Part shown: positions 1 through 12,779 of the stretch, one piece after another
How positions within the stretch are numbered: the first letter of the stretch is position 1
Layout: every line of letters starts with the position of its first letter
Assembly (NCBI RefSeq): GCF_001194135.2
Contig: NC_068987.1
Span: forward strand, 102,014,854 to 102,078,853
Source of the DNA: Octopus bimaculoides
Lineage: Eukaryota
DNA length: 64,000 bases
Direction of reading: 5' to 3'
Made by a program: the position numbers and the translations under genes
Notes under the pieces: generated by a model
The model's database searches: none
What the model was told of the DNA's origin: nothing
What the model saw: the letters and a program-made list of their open reading frames with translations, nothing else

Positions 1-698
1 GCCAGATAATGTCAGTTGGTAATAAAACAATTCACTTCAAATACATATGATTGATGTCATTGGAGCGAAGAGTACTTTAGGCTCTCCTTCAATGAATTGA
101 ATATATGGATATAGTATATATATGCAATGATTGTATATTGTTTATTTCGATTAAAATTGTGTAAGGCTTTATACGCGTGTGTATATGCACTCCCCATACA
201 CAGACAGATACACACACACACATTTCATACTACATACATTATGATTTTATTTCCAAAACATCGGAAGCGATACATCTGGACAACTCAGGGAAAATAACCA
301 ATATTATCGCTAATGGTATTATTTTCAATGTTGTGTATTAGTCAGCCGTTACAGCGTCAAGCAAGTAATCCACTAGTGTTTCACACGGTGATTTACTTTT
401 TGCATTCAATTCTCGTCGAGATCGATATTGACTTTTATGGTTACTAAGTCGAGGAAATAATTATCAGTGAAATACTTGTATTCTTTTAAACAGTCATGCC
501 CTCCCAAGAAAGTTAAGACGTGCTTTTTTTACGAAGTCAGCAGCTATAGTAGTACTCTTGTGTCTTTCTTCATCACAACATATGAACGTGAAAGGAAGGA
601 GTGATAGATGAATAAGGAAGGAAGGGGTAAAAATAAATGAAAGAGCCTTTGAACTCAGTGTGAGTATATGTGTGTGTATGTAAAAGGGAGGTATGTGA

Positions 699-734
<36 letters not shown>

Positions 735-772
735 AANNNNNNNNNNTGTGTATGTAAAAGGGAGGTATGTGA

Positions 773-820
<48 letters not shown>

Positions 821-959
821 AATGGAAATAGGATGGTAACTTTCAACGATGAAAAAGAATCAAACAGCGTTTCAACTCTGTGTGAGTATATGTGTGTATT
901 TGTGTGTTTGTACAAAGGAAGTAGGTGAACGTATGTGAACATTGACAAGTGTATTAATT

Positions 960-1031
960 TGATTTACCATCTATATTTATATACAAAATATTACAATTAG
1001 CCGTCACTTGTGGCGACACGGGGCCAGCTAG
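960..1031 (+). mobile_element. Possible Helitron-type 3' terminus (non-autonomous)
   Basis: Imperfect GC-rich hairpin ccgtcacttgtggcgacacgggg (1001-1023) followed 4 nt later by CTAG (1028-1031) and then T. This matches the hairpin+CTRR|T signature of Helitron 3' ends. The left arm is degenerate and no 5' TC end was identified. Confidence 0.35.
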
Positions 1032-1651
1032 TTACTAATAGTTACGAAATCAGGTAACAATTTGGCACAATTGTTAGCACAGCGGGCAGAAATTCTAATC
1101 TGTACGTGCCGAGCAATGCAACACGTCCAGTGCTCGATCACTACTGAATCGTGGATTTATTTGGACCACCTGCCGTCACGCGTAGTACGAGTTCGGCTAT
1201 GGGCTGAGTCCACTGTAAAAATCGTCCCGTCCCCTTCCTTTCGCCGAGAATAGTAAAGTGTTTATCTGCCTAGCTACCTTAACGAAAGAGCTTATGTATT
1301 TTCATCAGACCTCATCAACTGTTTCAAGTTTAACTTGAAAAGGAAAATGACGATAGAGAGGAAATTGTTCTTTTGCAGTAAATTTGTTGAAAAGTGGCTT
1401 AATGCGGCAAGGGTGGTCCGAGTAAATGGGCCTACTTTAAGCATTGTCTTCTAGATTAAAAGAAAACGATTAGGAGAGGTTACTTGCCCCAATGTCTGGG
1501 CGATCAAGGTGTAGGGTTTCCACGGGCAGCCCTATGAAGTATCATTCTTTTAGGAAATTATTATTAAAGTGTATTTCATTTGTATTCGCTCCTTTAAGTA
1601 ACCCCACATTGAATTGTAACGTTCCCAATGTTTACGTGAGCCATTAGTGGT

Positions 1652-1765
1652 TAAGGTAGAAAACATTATCAGTTTCGGACATCTTGAACAAGTTTAGCGG
1701 TAATCTTCCTGCCCTTTACATTCTGGGTTCAAATTCCGCAGTGGTCGACATTGCATTTCATCATT
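1652..1765 (+). mobile_element. SINE family A, degraded 5' part
   Basis: ttagcggtaatctt...ctgggttcaaattccgcagtggtcgacattgcatttcatc aligns by eye to the family A copies at 20692 and 25618; B-box-like GGGTTCAAATTCC. Confidence 0.6.
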
Positions 1766-1939
1766 TAGTCTCTTGGTTTCTATTGTTTATTCTACGTTAC
1801 ATCTCTAGGTTATTCATTAATCCTAATATTATCGTAAGAGCTTTGAGATGTAAGAACTGTTCACTAAGCTTTGCCAGCCAGGGATAATCTAATTAAAACT
1901 CACAGCTTAATATTCACTCCATTTAATTAAGACTTTGTG

Positions 1940-2142
1940 TAGGCAGAATCATTATCGCGCCGAAAGAAATGCTTAGCAACGTTTCTTTCAAATTTCTGTT
2001 CAGAGTTCAAATACTACCAGGGTCGACTTTACCTTTTATCCTTTCGGGGTCGATAAAATAGTTACCAGTTGAACACTGGGTACGATGTAATTGACTTACC
2101 TCCTCTCACCAAAATTGCTAGTCTTGTGCCAAAATCAGAAAA
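1940..2142 (+). mobile_element. SINE family A (tRNA-derived), tail type 1
   Basis: ggcagaatc...aaatgcttagc...gagttcaaatact...ggtcgacttt...atcctttcggggtcgataaa...cttgtgccaaaat is shared with several other copies in this window. Confidence 0.8.
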
Positions 2143-2749
2143 CAATAATTACTCCACATATTTAACAGTTATTTATTTTGTTCTTAATCACTTCATATTT
2201 TTGATGGAACTCTACTCCGTAACTGAATGTTACAGTATTCGTGTTTCTGTACAAAGCTTTAGCTCATAGCTCTTTTTCAAATGTTCCTCTGACGCAACTA
2301 TGCTTTCATCCTTACCTTTTCTTTTTTTTCATTTGTATGTACTATATACCATTCAGTTAATTAGCATGTGACTGCTCTAATTCTCTTATCTCCATTTCTT
2401 TATCTAACTTAGCATTAGTATTTCTAATTAAGTTTTCTCTGAAGGTTGACATCGCTATTTCTCTAACCCGAATTTAATACCTATTCCACATTTAATTAAA
2501 ATTGTTTTCTTATAATTGTTTACTTTGTTTGTATCTGCAAAATCGTTTGGCATTTATTTCTTACATATTTGAGATACCTGTTTATTATTAGTGACACCTT
2601 GCTTGTGGTTAAATTTCCTGTGTAACGAAACATCATGTAAACAACCATGTAAATCTCATACTTGATTTACTTTTATTTATGTCATGCTCAAAATATCTTC
2701 CCTCAGTCAATTTTCCTTGACGGGTTTTATTTTTCTCTTATAACTTTTA

Positions 2750-2940
2750 ATTGTTTCAGTCATTAAACCGTGGCCATGCACTCTGAGGAATCTTTAGTCG
2801 AACGATTCGACCAAAGTAAATATTTCTTTTCAAGCGTGGTACTAATTTTAGTAGCCTCGTTTGCCGAATCGCTAATTTATAGGGACGTAAACAAACTATC
2901 ACCGGTAGATTAGCGGTGGTAGGGGACAAACACTGACACA
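2750..2940 (-). mobile_element. SINE family B, 3' half
   Basis: tttcagtcatt...ggccatgc...tttagtcga...ttgccgaatcgctaa...ggacgtaaaca...gggacaaacac is the reverse complement of the family B body seen at 51901-52385. Confidence 0.7.
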
Positions 2941-3059
2941 CACGTATATAGGTATATGTGCGTGTGTGTATACATGCACACACATATTCATTTATAAGTA
3001 TACATATATATAGAACATATATATATATATAATAAAATATAAAATAAATGTGCCTTTTT

Positions 3060-3292
3060 AAAGCCTAGCCAGGCTCATGGGCCTGGTTTCCCTGTTTTAA
3101 TGGCGTATGTGTTCCCCCCCCCCCAGCTGGACGGGACGCCAGTCCATCGCAACGTTACTCATTTTTGCCAGCTGAGTGGACTGGAGCAAAGTGAATTGTT
3201 TTGCTCAAGAACACAACGCGTCGCTCGGTTCAAGAATCGAAACCACAATCTTGCGATCATGATGCTGACACCTTAACCACTAACCCACGCGC
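3060..3292 (-). mobile_element. SINE family D (tRNA head + ttgctccagtccactcagctggcaaaaatg core), tail 1
   Basis: The reverse strand has A-box-like TGGGTTAGTGG and B-box-like GGTTTCGATTC, then a core identical to the copy at 6505-6814. Confidence 0.8.
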
Positions 3293-3306
3293 ATTCCCCC
3301 CACCCC

Positions 3307-3415
<109 letters not shown>

Positions 3416-3994
3416 TCTTACAAATATACTTATAGATAGGCACATGCATATGTGTGGGGGTGGGGTGGGGGTGTAACATTTAATATACAAATGTACACTT
3501 ATTAAAGTAAGAGCTATCAATAGATTCTTGCGATTGAAACACGTGGTTAGACAGATTTTTATAACACGCATTGTGTCTACAAACGATCCCCAGGCTCTAA
3601 GCAAAGTAGTTTGTTTCTATTTCACTGGTACAAACACTGTTTTCCCTCTGTTACGCATATATTGCATCTTTTGATCAATTTGCATATGGCATAGATTTTT
3701 CCATTTCATTGTATGTGGTATGCAGTTGATCTTCAAACACCATACGTTATCAGATCTATGCCGTATGTAAATGGATCTTAGTGATGAAACTTATGCATCC
3801 ATGTGAAAGTTTGCGTAGGTTGGTGATAGTTTGCACATTCCTTTTAAATCTAAGTATTCCGTCAAACTGTTTAATTGCAGATCAGAAATTTTCGCCTAAT
3901 GGAGGCATCTGAACAAATTTCTTTTCATGAAATGGAAGACACCCCTCTCTCCTGACTGAGCAGCTGTGTCGCAAACTTAGCACTACTTTTATGA

Positions 3995-4335
3995 CTTATG
4001 ATTTCTAATTTATAATTTATGATTTCTAATTTATGATTTATGATTTCTAATTTATGATTTATGATTTTTTATTTATGATTTATGATTTCTAATTTATGAT
4101 TTATGATTTCTAATTTATGATTTATGNNNNNNNNNNNNNNNNNNNNNNNNNNNNNNNNNNNNNNNNNNNNNNNNNNNNNNNNNNNNNNNNNNNNNNNNNN
4201 NNNNNNNNNNNNNNNNNNNNNNNNNNNNNNNNNNNNNNNNNNNNNNNNNNNNNNNNNNNNNNNNNNNNNNNNNNNNNNAATTTATGATTTCTAATTTATG
4301 ATTTATGATTTCTAATTTATGATTTATGATTTCTA
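3995..4335. repeat. 7-bp-based minisatellite (atttcta/atttatg/atttatg, 21-bp higher-order unit) spanning a gap
   Basis: Direct reading on both sides of the N-run at 4107-4278. Confidence 0.95.
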
Positions 4336-4699
4336 CGGTAAGTCTATTTTCTGTCTTTTCTTTGCATTCTCTTTTCCGTTTTTCGTCTTCTTATTCCACT
4401 TTTGCATCAGTTTTCTCGTTTTATTTTGTCGCGGTTTCTCATGTACCAGCGTCTTGTGTGTGTGTGTGTATGTGTATTAATGTGAATGTGAGTATGTGTG
4501 TGTGTGTGTGTATGTGTGTGTGTGTGTGTGCGTGTGTGTGTGTGTGTGTGTGATGTGTGTGTGTACTGCAGACTTCTTTGTGGTTCTTTGTGGTTCTATG
4601 TTGTGTGCTAAATACTTCAAACATAAGGTTGGCATTTTGTCATTACCTCGTGTCTTAAACCTGTTTTTTTTTTCTTTTTTAGCATCTTGGCAACATTCT

Positions 4700-5500
4700 A
4701 ATGCTACCACCTACACGTATCCTTCCTACTGTCACCACAACCACCATAGCCCCGACAACCACCACTGCAACCCCACCACTACTACCACTACCATCCCAAC
4801 TGCATCTATCACTACCATCGAAACTCCCACTGCCAGACCAACCACTTCATCTCCCACAGCCACAACCACCTACACCGCAGGCACTATCACCACCACTACC
4901 AACGCCGCCACAACTTCCGTCAACCTTGTCACCAACACAGCCGCCACCGCCGTCGCCAAATCCACCTCCATCACCACCGGGCTGGTACCATCAAATAATC
5001 GTGTGAGTAGCCGCAAAAACAGAGATGCTGAATCTCCTTCAGAACACACTATAACGTTCTAGAAAAAGAGAGATTTGTTAATGTGATCCTACTTTCCTTG
5101 TACACAGAAATAAAAAAGGACGGTCACCTTTGGAACGCATCTGATCACAAGTGCGCTTTATTACGTTTAACATGACGTTAAACACCAACAAAACACATCT
5201 GTCTACACCGCCGTACCGCCCATACAATTTACAAGTTGCTACCATCATCATTAGCACTACCACCGCCAACAGCATGGTTATGCTATCTTTAATGCCCTGA
5301 TCGCCATCGCTACAAAATATTTCCACAGCTATGACTGTTATCAGTTCTCCTATTTGCGTCAAAGTCGCTTACATGACCACCAGCACCATGTCTTTCATTG
5401 AAGTTACAACCAACGGCGCCAGAGACAGCTCCATTCTTCACGCACTATCGTCATCGTCATCAGCATCACCACCACCACCACCACCACCACCACCACCACC
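4700..5500. repeat. Degenerate (ACC/CAC/CAT)n cryptic simple sequence
   Basis: Trinucleotide-derived low complexity ending in a pure (CAC)n run at the gap; source of the Thr/Pro/His-rich ORFs. Confidence 0.8.
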
Positions 5501-6179
5501 NNNNNNNNNNNNNNNNNNNNNNNNNNNNNNNNNNNNNNNNNNNNNNNNNNNNNNNNNNNNNNNNNNNNNNNNNNNNNNNNNNNNNNNNNNNNNNNNNNNN
5601 NNNNNNNNNNNNNNNNNNNNNNNNNNNNNNNNNNNNNNNNNNNNNNNNNNNNNNNNNNNNNNNNNNNNNNNNNNNNNNNNNNNNNNNNNNNNNNNNNNNN
5701 NNNNNNNNNNNNNNNNNNNNNNNNNNNNNNNNNNNNNNNNNNNNNNNNNNNNNNNNNNNNNNNNNNNNNNNNNNNNNNNNNNNNNNNNNNNNNNNNNNNN
5801 NNNNNNNNNNNNNNNNNNNNNNNNNNNNNNNNNNNNNNNNNNNNNNNNNNNNNNNNNNNNNNNNNNNNNNNNNNNNNNNNNNNNNNNNNNNNNNNNNNNN
5901 NNNNNNNNNNNNNNNNNNNNNNNNNNNNNNNNNNNNNNNNNNNNNNNNNNNNNNNNNNNNNNNNNNNNNNNNNNNNNNNNNNNNNNNNNNNNNNNNNNNN
6001 NNNNNNNNNNNNNNNNNNNNNNNNNNNNNNNNNNNNNNNNNNNNNNNNNNNNNNNNNNNNNNNNNNNNNNNNNNNNNNNNNNNNNNNNNNNNNNNNNNNN
6101 NNNNNNNNNNNNNNNNNNNNNNNNNNNGCATATATTGTTTATATAATAAATTACGCTGTGCGTATCTATGTGTGTAACA

Positions 6180-6505
6180 ATTTTAGAGTTCGGATTCTAG
6201 AGTTAGGATTAGTTTTAGGGTTAGGGTAAGGGTTAGGGTTAGGGTTGAAATGTCAGAACTAACGGGGATTAATACGATATACACCGTTACAGCGCTAACT
6301 GCTTTCAACTGAATAGACGTCAGTGATTAGTAGAAATTATCGAAATAAGACAATTTTTTACATGAAATAAATTCGAATACAATTTTTTTTTTCTGTTCTA
6401 TAACACAAAATAGATAAGTATACGAAGTTTGAAAGTCTTTCGGTACCAAAAACACTACTTAAAACATAAATGAAAACTGGTGCCCCCGTTTTGAAATAGA
6501 TTCCC
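6180..6505. mobile_element. Unclassified repeat carrying an interstitial (TTAGGG)n-like array
   Basis: ttttagggttagggtaagggttagggttagggtt at 6213-6246 grades into degenerate ttagag/ttagga units. The right end is ggtgccccgttttgaaatagattcc; the left end is lost near a gap. Confidence 0.55.
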
Positions 6506-6814
6506 GTCGGTTACTACGACGAGGGTCCCAGCTGATACGATCAATGGAACAGCCTATTCATGAAATCAATGTGCAAAGTGACTGAACAATCCACAGACAC
6601 GTGGACTCCTAATGTAGTTCTCAGGGAGATTCAGCGTGACACAAAGTGTGACAAGGCTGGTCCTTTGAAATACAGGTACTACGCATTTTTGCCAGCTGAG
6701 TGGACTGGAGCAACGTGAAATAAAGAGTCTTGCTTAAGGACACAGCGCGTCGCCGGGAATTGAACTCACGACCTTACGATCGTGAGCCGAATACCCTAAC
6801 CACTAAGCCACGCA
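6505..6814 (-). mobile_element. SINE family D, tail 2
   Basis: Reverse strand: A box TGGCTTAGTGG, B box GAGTTCAATTCCC, the shared core ttgctccagtccactcagctggcaaaaatg, then a tail unrelated to the 3060 copy. Confidence 0.85.
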
Positions 6815-7189
6815 CCTTCACAACAACAGCAACAATAGCAACACCAACACCACGACCAACACGACTGCCGGCTCCGCCGCCGCTATCTCCATTACCATCA
6901 TCGTTTCTCCACCATTTATATTATACTTTATTCTTATTCTTAGAATGTAATGCTAAACCTAACACGAGCTATGAAACTGGAGACACTCAACTGATGTTGG
7001 CGCTTGACTCGAGGTCGTTCAGTACGATTTGCTCTTGTATTTCAAACAATCACAGCAATAACGACAACAACAACGACAAGAAGGAAATTCTAAAACAAAC
7101 ACGAAAAGAAGAAAACGCAGAAGGAGGTGAAAGAGGATGAAGTGAAAGCGGAAGAGGCGAAAGAGGACAAGGAGGAGGAAGAGGACGAA

Positions 7190-7300
7190 GAGGGGAGAGA
7201 GAGGAGAGAGGGGAGAGAGAGGAGAGAGGGGAGAGAGAGGAGAGGGGGGAGAGGGAGGAGAGAGGGGAGAGAGAGGAGAGAGGGGAGAGAGAGGAGGAAG
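7190..7300. repeat. Polypurine minisatellite (about 18-bp gaggggagagagaggaga units)
   Basis: Direct reading; pure G/A tract. Confidence 0.9.
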
Positions 7301-7533
7301 AAGAGAAAGTTGAGGAGGTGGAGGAGATGGAAGATGTGAAAGAAAGATAGAAGGAGAAGAAGAACAACAACAATAACAAAATCAACATCATCCTATAATG
7401 GAATCCAGAGCCAAAAACGGGGTTCATCGAACCAGGAAAGGGTTTCTGTAATTGACTGTTCAAGCTGCTCGAAGTTGCAGGGGAATCTCCGAAAATCACA
7501 CCCTGTAAATATAAAAAAACAAAAACTATTAGA

Positions 7534-7607
<74 letters not shown>
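7534..7607. repeat. (AAT)n microsatellite
   Basis: Direct reading. Confidence 0.98.
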
Positions 7608-7609
<2 letters not shown>

Positions 7610-8616
7610 CGGTGAATATGTAAAGATAGATAATGCCTAGAAGAAAAGGCAAGTTAATCCTGATTGGAATGTCTTTGATTATAAAACTGCTTAGCTTGGT
7701 CATACCCAGGGTTATACAACAACAAAAACCGAAACGTCAAAACCAACCCCACAACAAAAACATCATCAGCTACTGAAAACAGCCAATAAGAATTTAAAAG
7801 AAAAGTAAAAAAAAATTTAATGGGAAACTATGACATTGAAAAGAAAAGGAATCTTAACAAAGGAAATTCGGAAGCAAAATGGAATCAAGACTATAAAGTC
7901 ATATACAAGTATAGCAATGACAATAACAGAACCAAGCGGAAAAAGCATAACAGCAAGAACAACGGATAACAGAATAGTGACTATACAACAACAGGTAGAA
8001 CAAAAGGAAAACATATTACTAACAACAGCAGCTAAAACAGAGACAACAACAAGGAAATGAGTAACAGTGAGAACAAAAATTAACAAAAATTCGAATAAAT
8101 AAATAAATAAATAAATAAAAGGGCTAAAAGCTATATGAAATAAATATAAAAAAAAAACATTCCGAAGATGAGGAAAATATTCACAGAAATATAAAAGCTA
8201 AGAGAGCAAAATTCATTGGCAACAACGATCGTAATAGCAACGGAAAGGAACATTCTTCAGTACGTCGTATCAGCATCAAGAAGAATGTAAACAATCTGAC
8301 AACAACAACAACATCAACAACAACTGCAACAACGACAGCAACAACAATAACAATAATATTTATAACATCAGTATTAACAATGACAACGAACAACAACAAC
8401 AACAACAGCAATAGACTTAGTCATAATGTAAAGACGGTTAATCTTTATAATATTCTTCGACTCGAATTTCGTGGCATTCAAACAAGCTTTAAAGGATATT
8501 CTTGATTACCATTCTTTTTTCAAATGTACTTCTTCTTTTATATTTTGTCTTCCTTTATATATATATATATATTTTTCTTATTTATTCGTTTCTCTTCACC
8601 TTACTCTTCATGTCAT

Positions 8617-8617
8617 T

Positions 8618-8656
<39 letters not shown>

Positions 8657-8776
8657 ATTGTAGTTGTTCTCATTGTTTCTGCTCACGAATTCTGTTCTTC
8701 TCTATTTTCATTCTTAATCATAATTTTCTTCGTCTTTCTTTTCTGTCACCTTTTGCTGCCGCTGTTGTTGCCGTTT

Positions 8777-8840
<64 letters not shown>
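8617..8840. repeat. (GTT)n and (ACT)n microsatellites
   Basis: Direct reading; source of the poly-V/poly-C/poly-T/poly-L ORFs. Confidence 0.95.
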
Positions 8841-8843
<3 letters not shown>

Positions 8844-9744
8844 CACTTTTTTCTTTGGAAGAAATTGGCAATGCTCTTTCTGATAAGGGATAGCTTCCAC
8901 CTAGTTTACAAAGCTGAACACATGTATGTTCAACAGTAATGAAAATGCCAACATCACTACTCCATTTCTTACTGTTTTCTAACTCCTGCCCACTTACTCT
9001 ATTCAAAAGGACCAAGCCATTCATATGATATTCATAGATATTCCTATGTCCAGAGTCACATCCTACGTGAAACTTCGACTGCTTCCTTACCCGATGCAAT
9101 TACTTGTTGCCTCCTTCATCTAAGCTACATGTCTTCCAGGATCCAAATGCACTGTTCATTTCTCTAATAATTCTGCTTGTCCTTCATCCAATTTTGGAGC
9201 ACGTTGTTCCTTGAAATTCTTTGTATAAGAGCAAGACTGGCTGCCACTTCAGCTATATATATATTTAAAGAGCATCTCGATTTCTGTCAACACTAAATGC
9301 AAAAACACCTTATTCTATTAGATCACCATCTCTGAGAAACTTTAATAAAATATGGTAAGAGTGTGTTTCATCAGCTTAAAGAACAATGATTCTTTTTCCA
9401 ATCTGGGGTTCTTTCTTTCAATATATGAATATCTTCTTCAAGATATTATTGGAATGAATTACTGTATTGGAATGCATTACTGAAGACGGCATAACGAGCA
9501 AGAAATGCATCTAGCGTTCCGACAAGTGGATACGAAGTGGTGTTTGGGCGACGGATCTTGGTAGAACAAAAAGAATGTCATGGTGAGTTAGTAAGGAGAG
9601 CAAAGCAAGACTGGACTTATGTGGGCTGGCAGGACGATTAAAAAATTGCGGAGTTGGAATTGGAGCAGTTGAAGTTGAGCTTGTTATCATTGGGGTGCCT
9701 CTTGGTAGACAACATTCTTCGTCCTTCCCTCGGATGCACAAATA

Positions 9745-9840
9745 GAAAGACCATGGCGACAGCCATGGGGGGAGCCGAAATAAATTTTTTCAATTTTTTT
9801 CAAGGGAAGCCAAATCGCGAAAAAGTTTGAGAAATGCTGA
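9745..9840. mobile_element. hAT (Charlie-like) terminal sequence
   Basis: aaaaagtttgagaaatgctg|atctataa; the reverse complement cagcatttctcaaacttttt resembles Charlie-type TIRs, and the flank resembles the NTCTAGAN target preference. The partner TIR was not found, and the adjacent 8900-9740 DNA has only weak transposase-like fragments. Confidence 0.4.
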
Positions 9841-10528
9841 TCTATAACGATGGTTTTTATTTAGGCACATCGTAAAAGTAATTATAATGAATTGCTTAAT
9901 ATAAAGTAAAGTATGTTTTTTCAAGCAAATACAGTTAGAAAATATATTTACCATTTCAAGTCATTACTAAAAACAAAGCTCATCAATATTTGAATGAAAT
10001 AATGATTTTATTCTTTTATTCTAAGTTGTACATTTTGCCCGAGAAATAAAGCAAATAATCATCAAATGCGTTGTTAAAAATCTGCAACTCGATAACCAAT
10101 ATCTCCAAATTGATTAGAAATGCATAAATTTAATAATAACAATGTTTTTGAGATTCCGGTTCGAATGACATGAGTGTTTTTGTTTCACTTTTGACACATA
10201 ATACTTAAATAGTGGAGGAGGATGTTGTTGCTGTAGACTGGAAGTATGCATNNNNNNNNNNNNNNNNNNNNNNNNNNNNNNNNNNNNNNNNNNNNNNNNN
10301 NNNNNNNNNNNNNNNNNNNNNNNNNNNNNNNNNNNNNNNNNNNNNNNNNNNNNNNNNNNNNNNNNNNNNNNNNNNNNNNNNNNNNNNNNNNNNNNNNNNN
10401 NNNNNNNNNNNNNNNNNNNNNNNNNNNNNNNNNNNNNNNNNNNNNNNNNNNNNNNNNNNNNNNNNNNNNNNNNNNNNNNNNNNNNNNNNNNNNNNNNNNN
10501 NNNNNNNNNNNNNNNNNNNNNNNNNNNN

Positions 10529-10739
10529 CTACAGGCACAACAGAAACAGGAAGTAAGAATGAGAGAAAGTTGCGGTGAAAGAGTACAGCAGGGTTCGCCA
10601 CCATCTCCTGCTTTAGGTGTTTTCGTGGAGGTTAAGGTGTTTTCGCTCAATAAACACTCACAACGCCCGGTCTGGGAATCGAAACCGCGATCCTATGACC
10701 ACGAGTCCGCTGCCCTAACCACTGGGCCATTGCGCCTCC
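10529..10739 (-). mobile_element. SINE family C with well-preserved tRNA-like head
   Basis: Reverse strand ggaggcgcaaTGGCCCAGTGGttagggcagcggactcgtggtcataggatcgcGGTTTCGATTCCcagacc shows Pol III A and B boxes followed by a non-tRNA body running into a gap. Confidence 0.85.
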
Positions 10740-10786
<47 letters not shown>

Positions 10787-10808
10787 CATAAGTGTGGATA
10801 TACGTATG

Positions 10809-10840
<32 letters not shown>

Positions 10841-12076
10841 GATGGATGGATACACGCTTGCATGTATGTATAAATGGATGCATACATCTAAGTGTCTGTC
10901 TCTGATTATCTGTAAGTGTGTGCTTTTTCGTGTTTTAGCATGTGTCGTTTCGTGCGCACCGTTTTATTTCCGTTAAATAATACAGACGGAAGAAATTCGT
11001 CCCAGGTGTACGTTAATTACATTAATTTTCTCCTTCATTTCATTTACTGACCCATCCTCCTCTGTCTGAATAAGACTTCCTCTTTTACGAACCTTATACC
11101 TAGCCAACTAACTTATATCTATCAATCTATCTATCTATCAATCTATCTATATATCTATCTATCTATCTGCCAATATCTATCTATCTATCTATCAATCTAT
11201 CTATCTATCGCTCTGTACATATATGTGTGTGTGTTTACACACACACACACACACNNNNNNNNNNNNNNNNNNNNNNNNNNNNNNNNNNNNNNNNNNNNNN
11301 NNNNNNNNNNNNNNNNNNNNNNNNNNNNNNNNNNNNNNNNNNNNNNNNNNNNNNNNNNNNNNNNNNNNNNNNNNNNNNNNNNNNNNNNNNNNNNNNNNNN
11401 NNNNNNNNNNNNNNNNNNNNNNNNNNNNNNNNNNNNNNNNNNNNNNNNNNNNNNNNNNNNNNNNNNNNNNNNNNNNNNNNNNNNNNNNNNNNNNNNNNNN
11501 NNNNNNNNNNNNNNNNNNNNNNNNNNNNNNNNNNNNNNNNNNNNNNNNNNNNNNNNNNNNNNNNNNNNNNNNNNNNNNNNNNNNNNNNNNNNNNNNNNNN
11601 NNNNNNNNNNNNNNNNNNNNNNNNNNNNNNNNNNNNNNNNNNNNNNNNNNNNNNNNNNNNNNNNNNNNNNNNNNNNNNNNNNNNNNNNNNNNNNNNNNNN
11701 NNNNNNNNNNNNNNNNNNNNNNNNNNNNNNNNNNNNNNNNNNNNNNNNNNNNNNNNNNNNNNNNNNNNNNNNNNNNNNNNNNNNNNNNNNNNNNNNNNNN
11801 NNNNNNNNNNNNNNNNNNNNNNNNNNNNNNNNNNNNNNNNNNNNNNNNNNNNNNNNNNNNNNNNNNNNNNNNNNNNNNNNNNNNNNNNNNNNNNNNNNNN
11901 NNNNNNNNNNNNNNNNNNNNNNNNNNNNNNNNNNNNNNNNNNNNNNNNNNNNNNNNNNNNNNNNNNNNNNNNNNNNNNNNNNNNNNNNNNNNNNNNNNNN
12001 NNNNNNNNNNNNNNNNNNNNNNNNNNNNNNNNNNNNNNNNNNNNNNNNNNNNNNNNNNNNNNNNNNNNNNNNNNNN

Positions 12077-12113
<37 letters not shown>

Positions 12114-12514
12114 TATACATACGCACATATATATACATATATGTATATGTATTCATATGCATATATCTATATTTATATATATACATGTATACATATACAC
12201 ACACATGCACACACATACACATGTGTGTGTGTGTCTTGTGTGCACATAGAGAGCTGTGCTTTGTTATACTTAGACAGCTAATATATATCCTATCACCTGA
12301 ATTGAATATATAAAACATGCCATTATTTATTCTCTTATTTAGGTTTTTTTTTTTAAATTGCTGACACGAAATTGGTAAGTTGCAAAACGTCAGTGACTAT
12401 AATGGATGTCTTAAATCTTGGCACTGCTGCCTGATATCATGGAAAAAAGAAATTGAAACGAACCGCGAAACGTTAGGAGAATATTTGTGGAATTGACTGA
12501 ATATACAGAGGCCT

Positions 12515-12670
12515 GTACGGTTGTGTGGTTGTGAAATACTTTAAGAAACGTAATGGTTTCGATTTCGTTCTCTCGGCGTGAGACCTTGTGAAGTTGTCTT
12601 CTAAAATCTTAGAAATAGGTCCCTTATAAATGTCTGTTTTTTGTTGTTAGATGGTTAGGAAGCTCGTCGA
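12515..12670 (+). mobile_element. SINE family B, degraded 5' head
   Basis: ggttgtgtggtt...atggtttcgatttc...gaccttgtgaagttgtcttcta...ggaagctcgtcg parallels the head of the copy at 63590-63940. Confidence 0.5.
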
Positions 12671-12779
12671 ATATTTATATGTATCTCTTCATTCATATGG
12701 GGAGAGGGGCAGAGAGATTGAGAGAGAGATTGAGAGAGATAGAGACAGAGGGATTGAGAAGGAAACAGTAAGAGAGTGA

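Noticed and set aside
674-800. Local duplication across a 10-N gap (also 48411-48484)
   Set aside because: Identical sequence on both sides of a minimal gap indicates unmerged contig overlap (assembly artefact).
1281-1310. Hammerhead remnant on minus strand (CTGATGA at 1302-1308)
   Set aside because: No GAAA at the expected position and no closing stem I.
8900-9740. hAT transposase coding relic
   Set aside because: Only weak fragments (KERTPDWKKNHC, VLLLYKEF) in different frames; insufficient on their own.
10650-10739. tRNA gene
   Set aside because: A and B boxes are present, but there is no closing acceptor stem or T-run terminator and it continues into a repeat body; treated as a SINE head. 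The same applies at 3220-3292 and 6740-6814.
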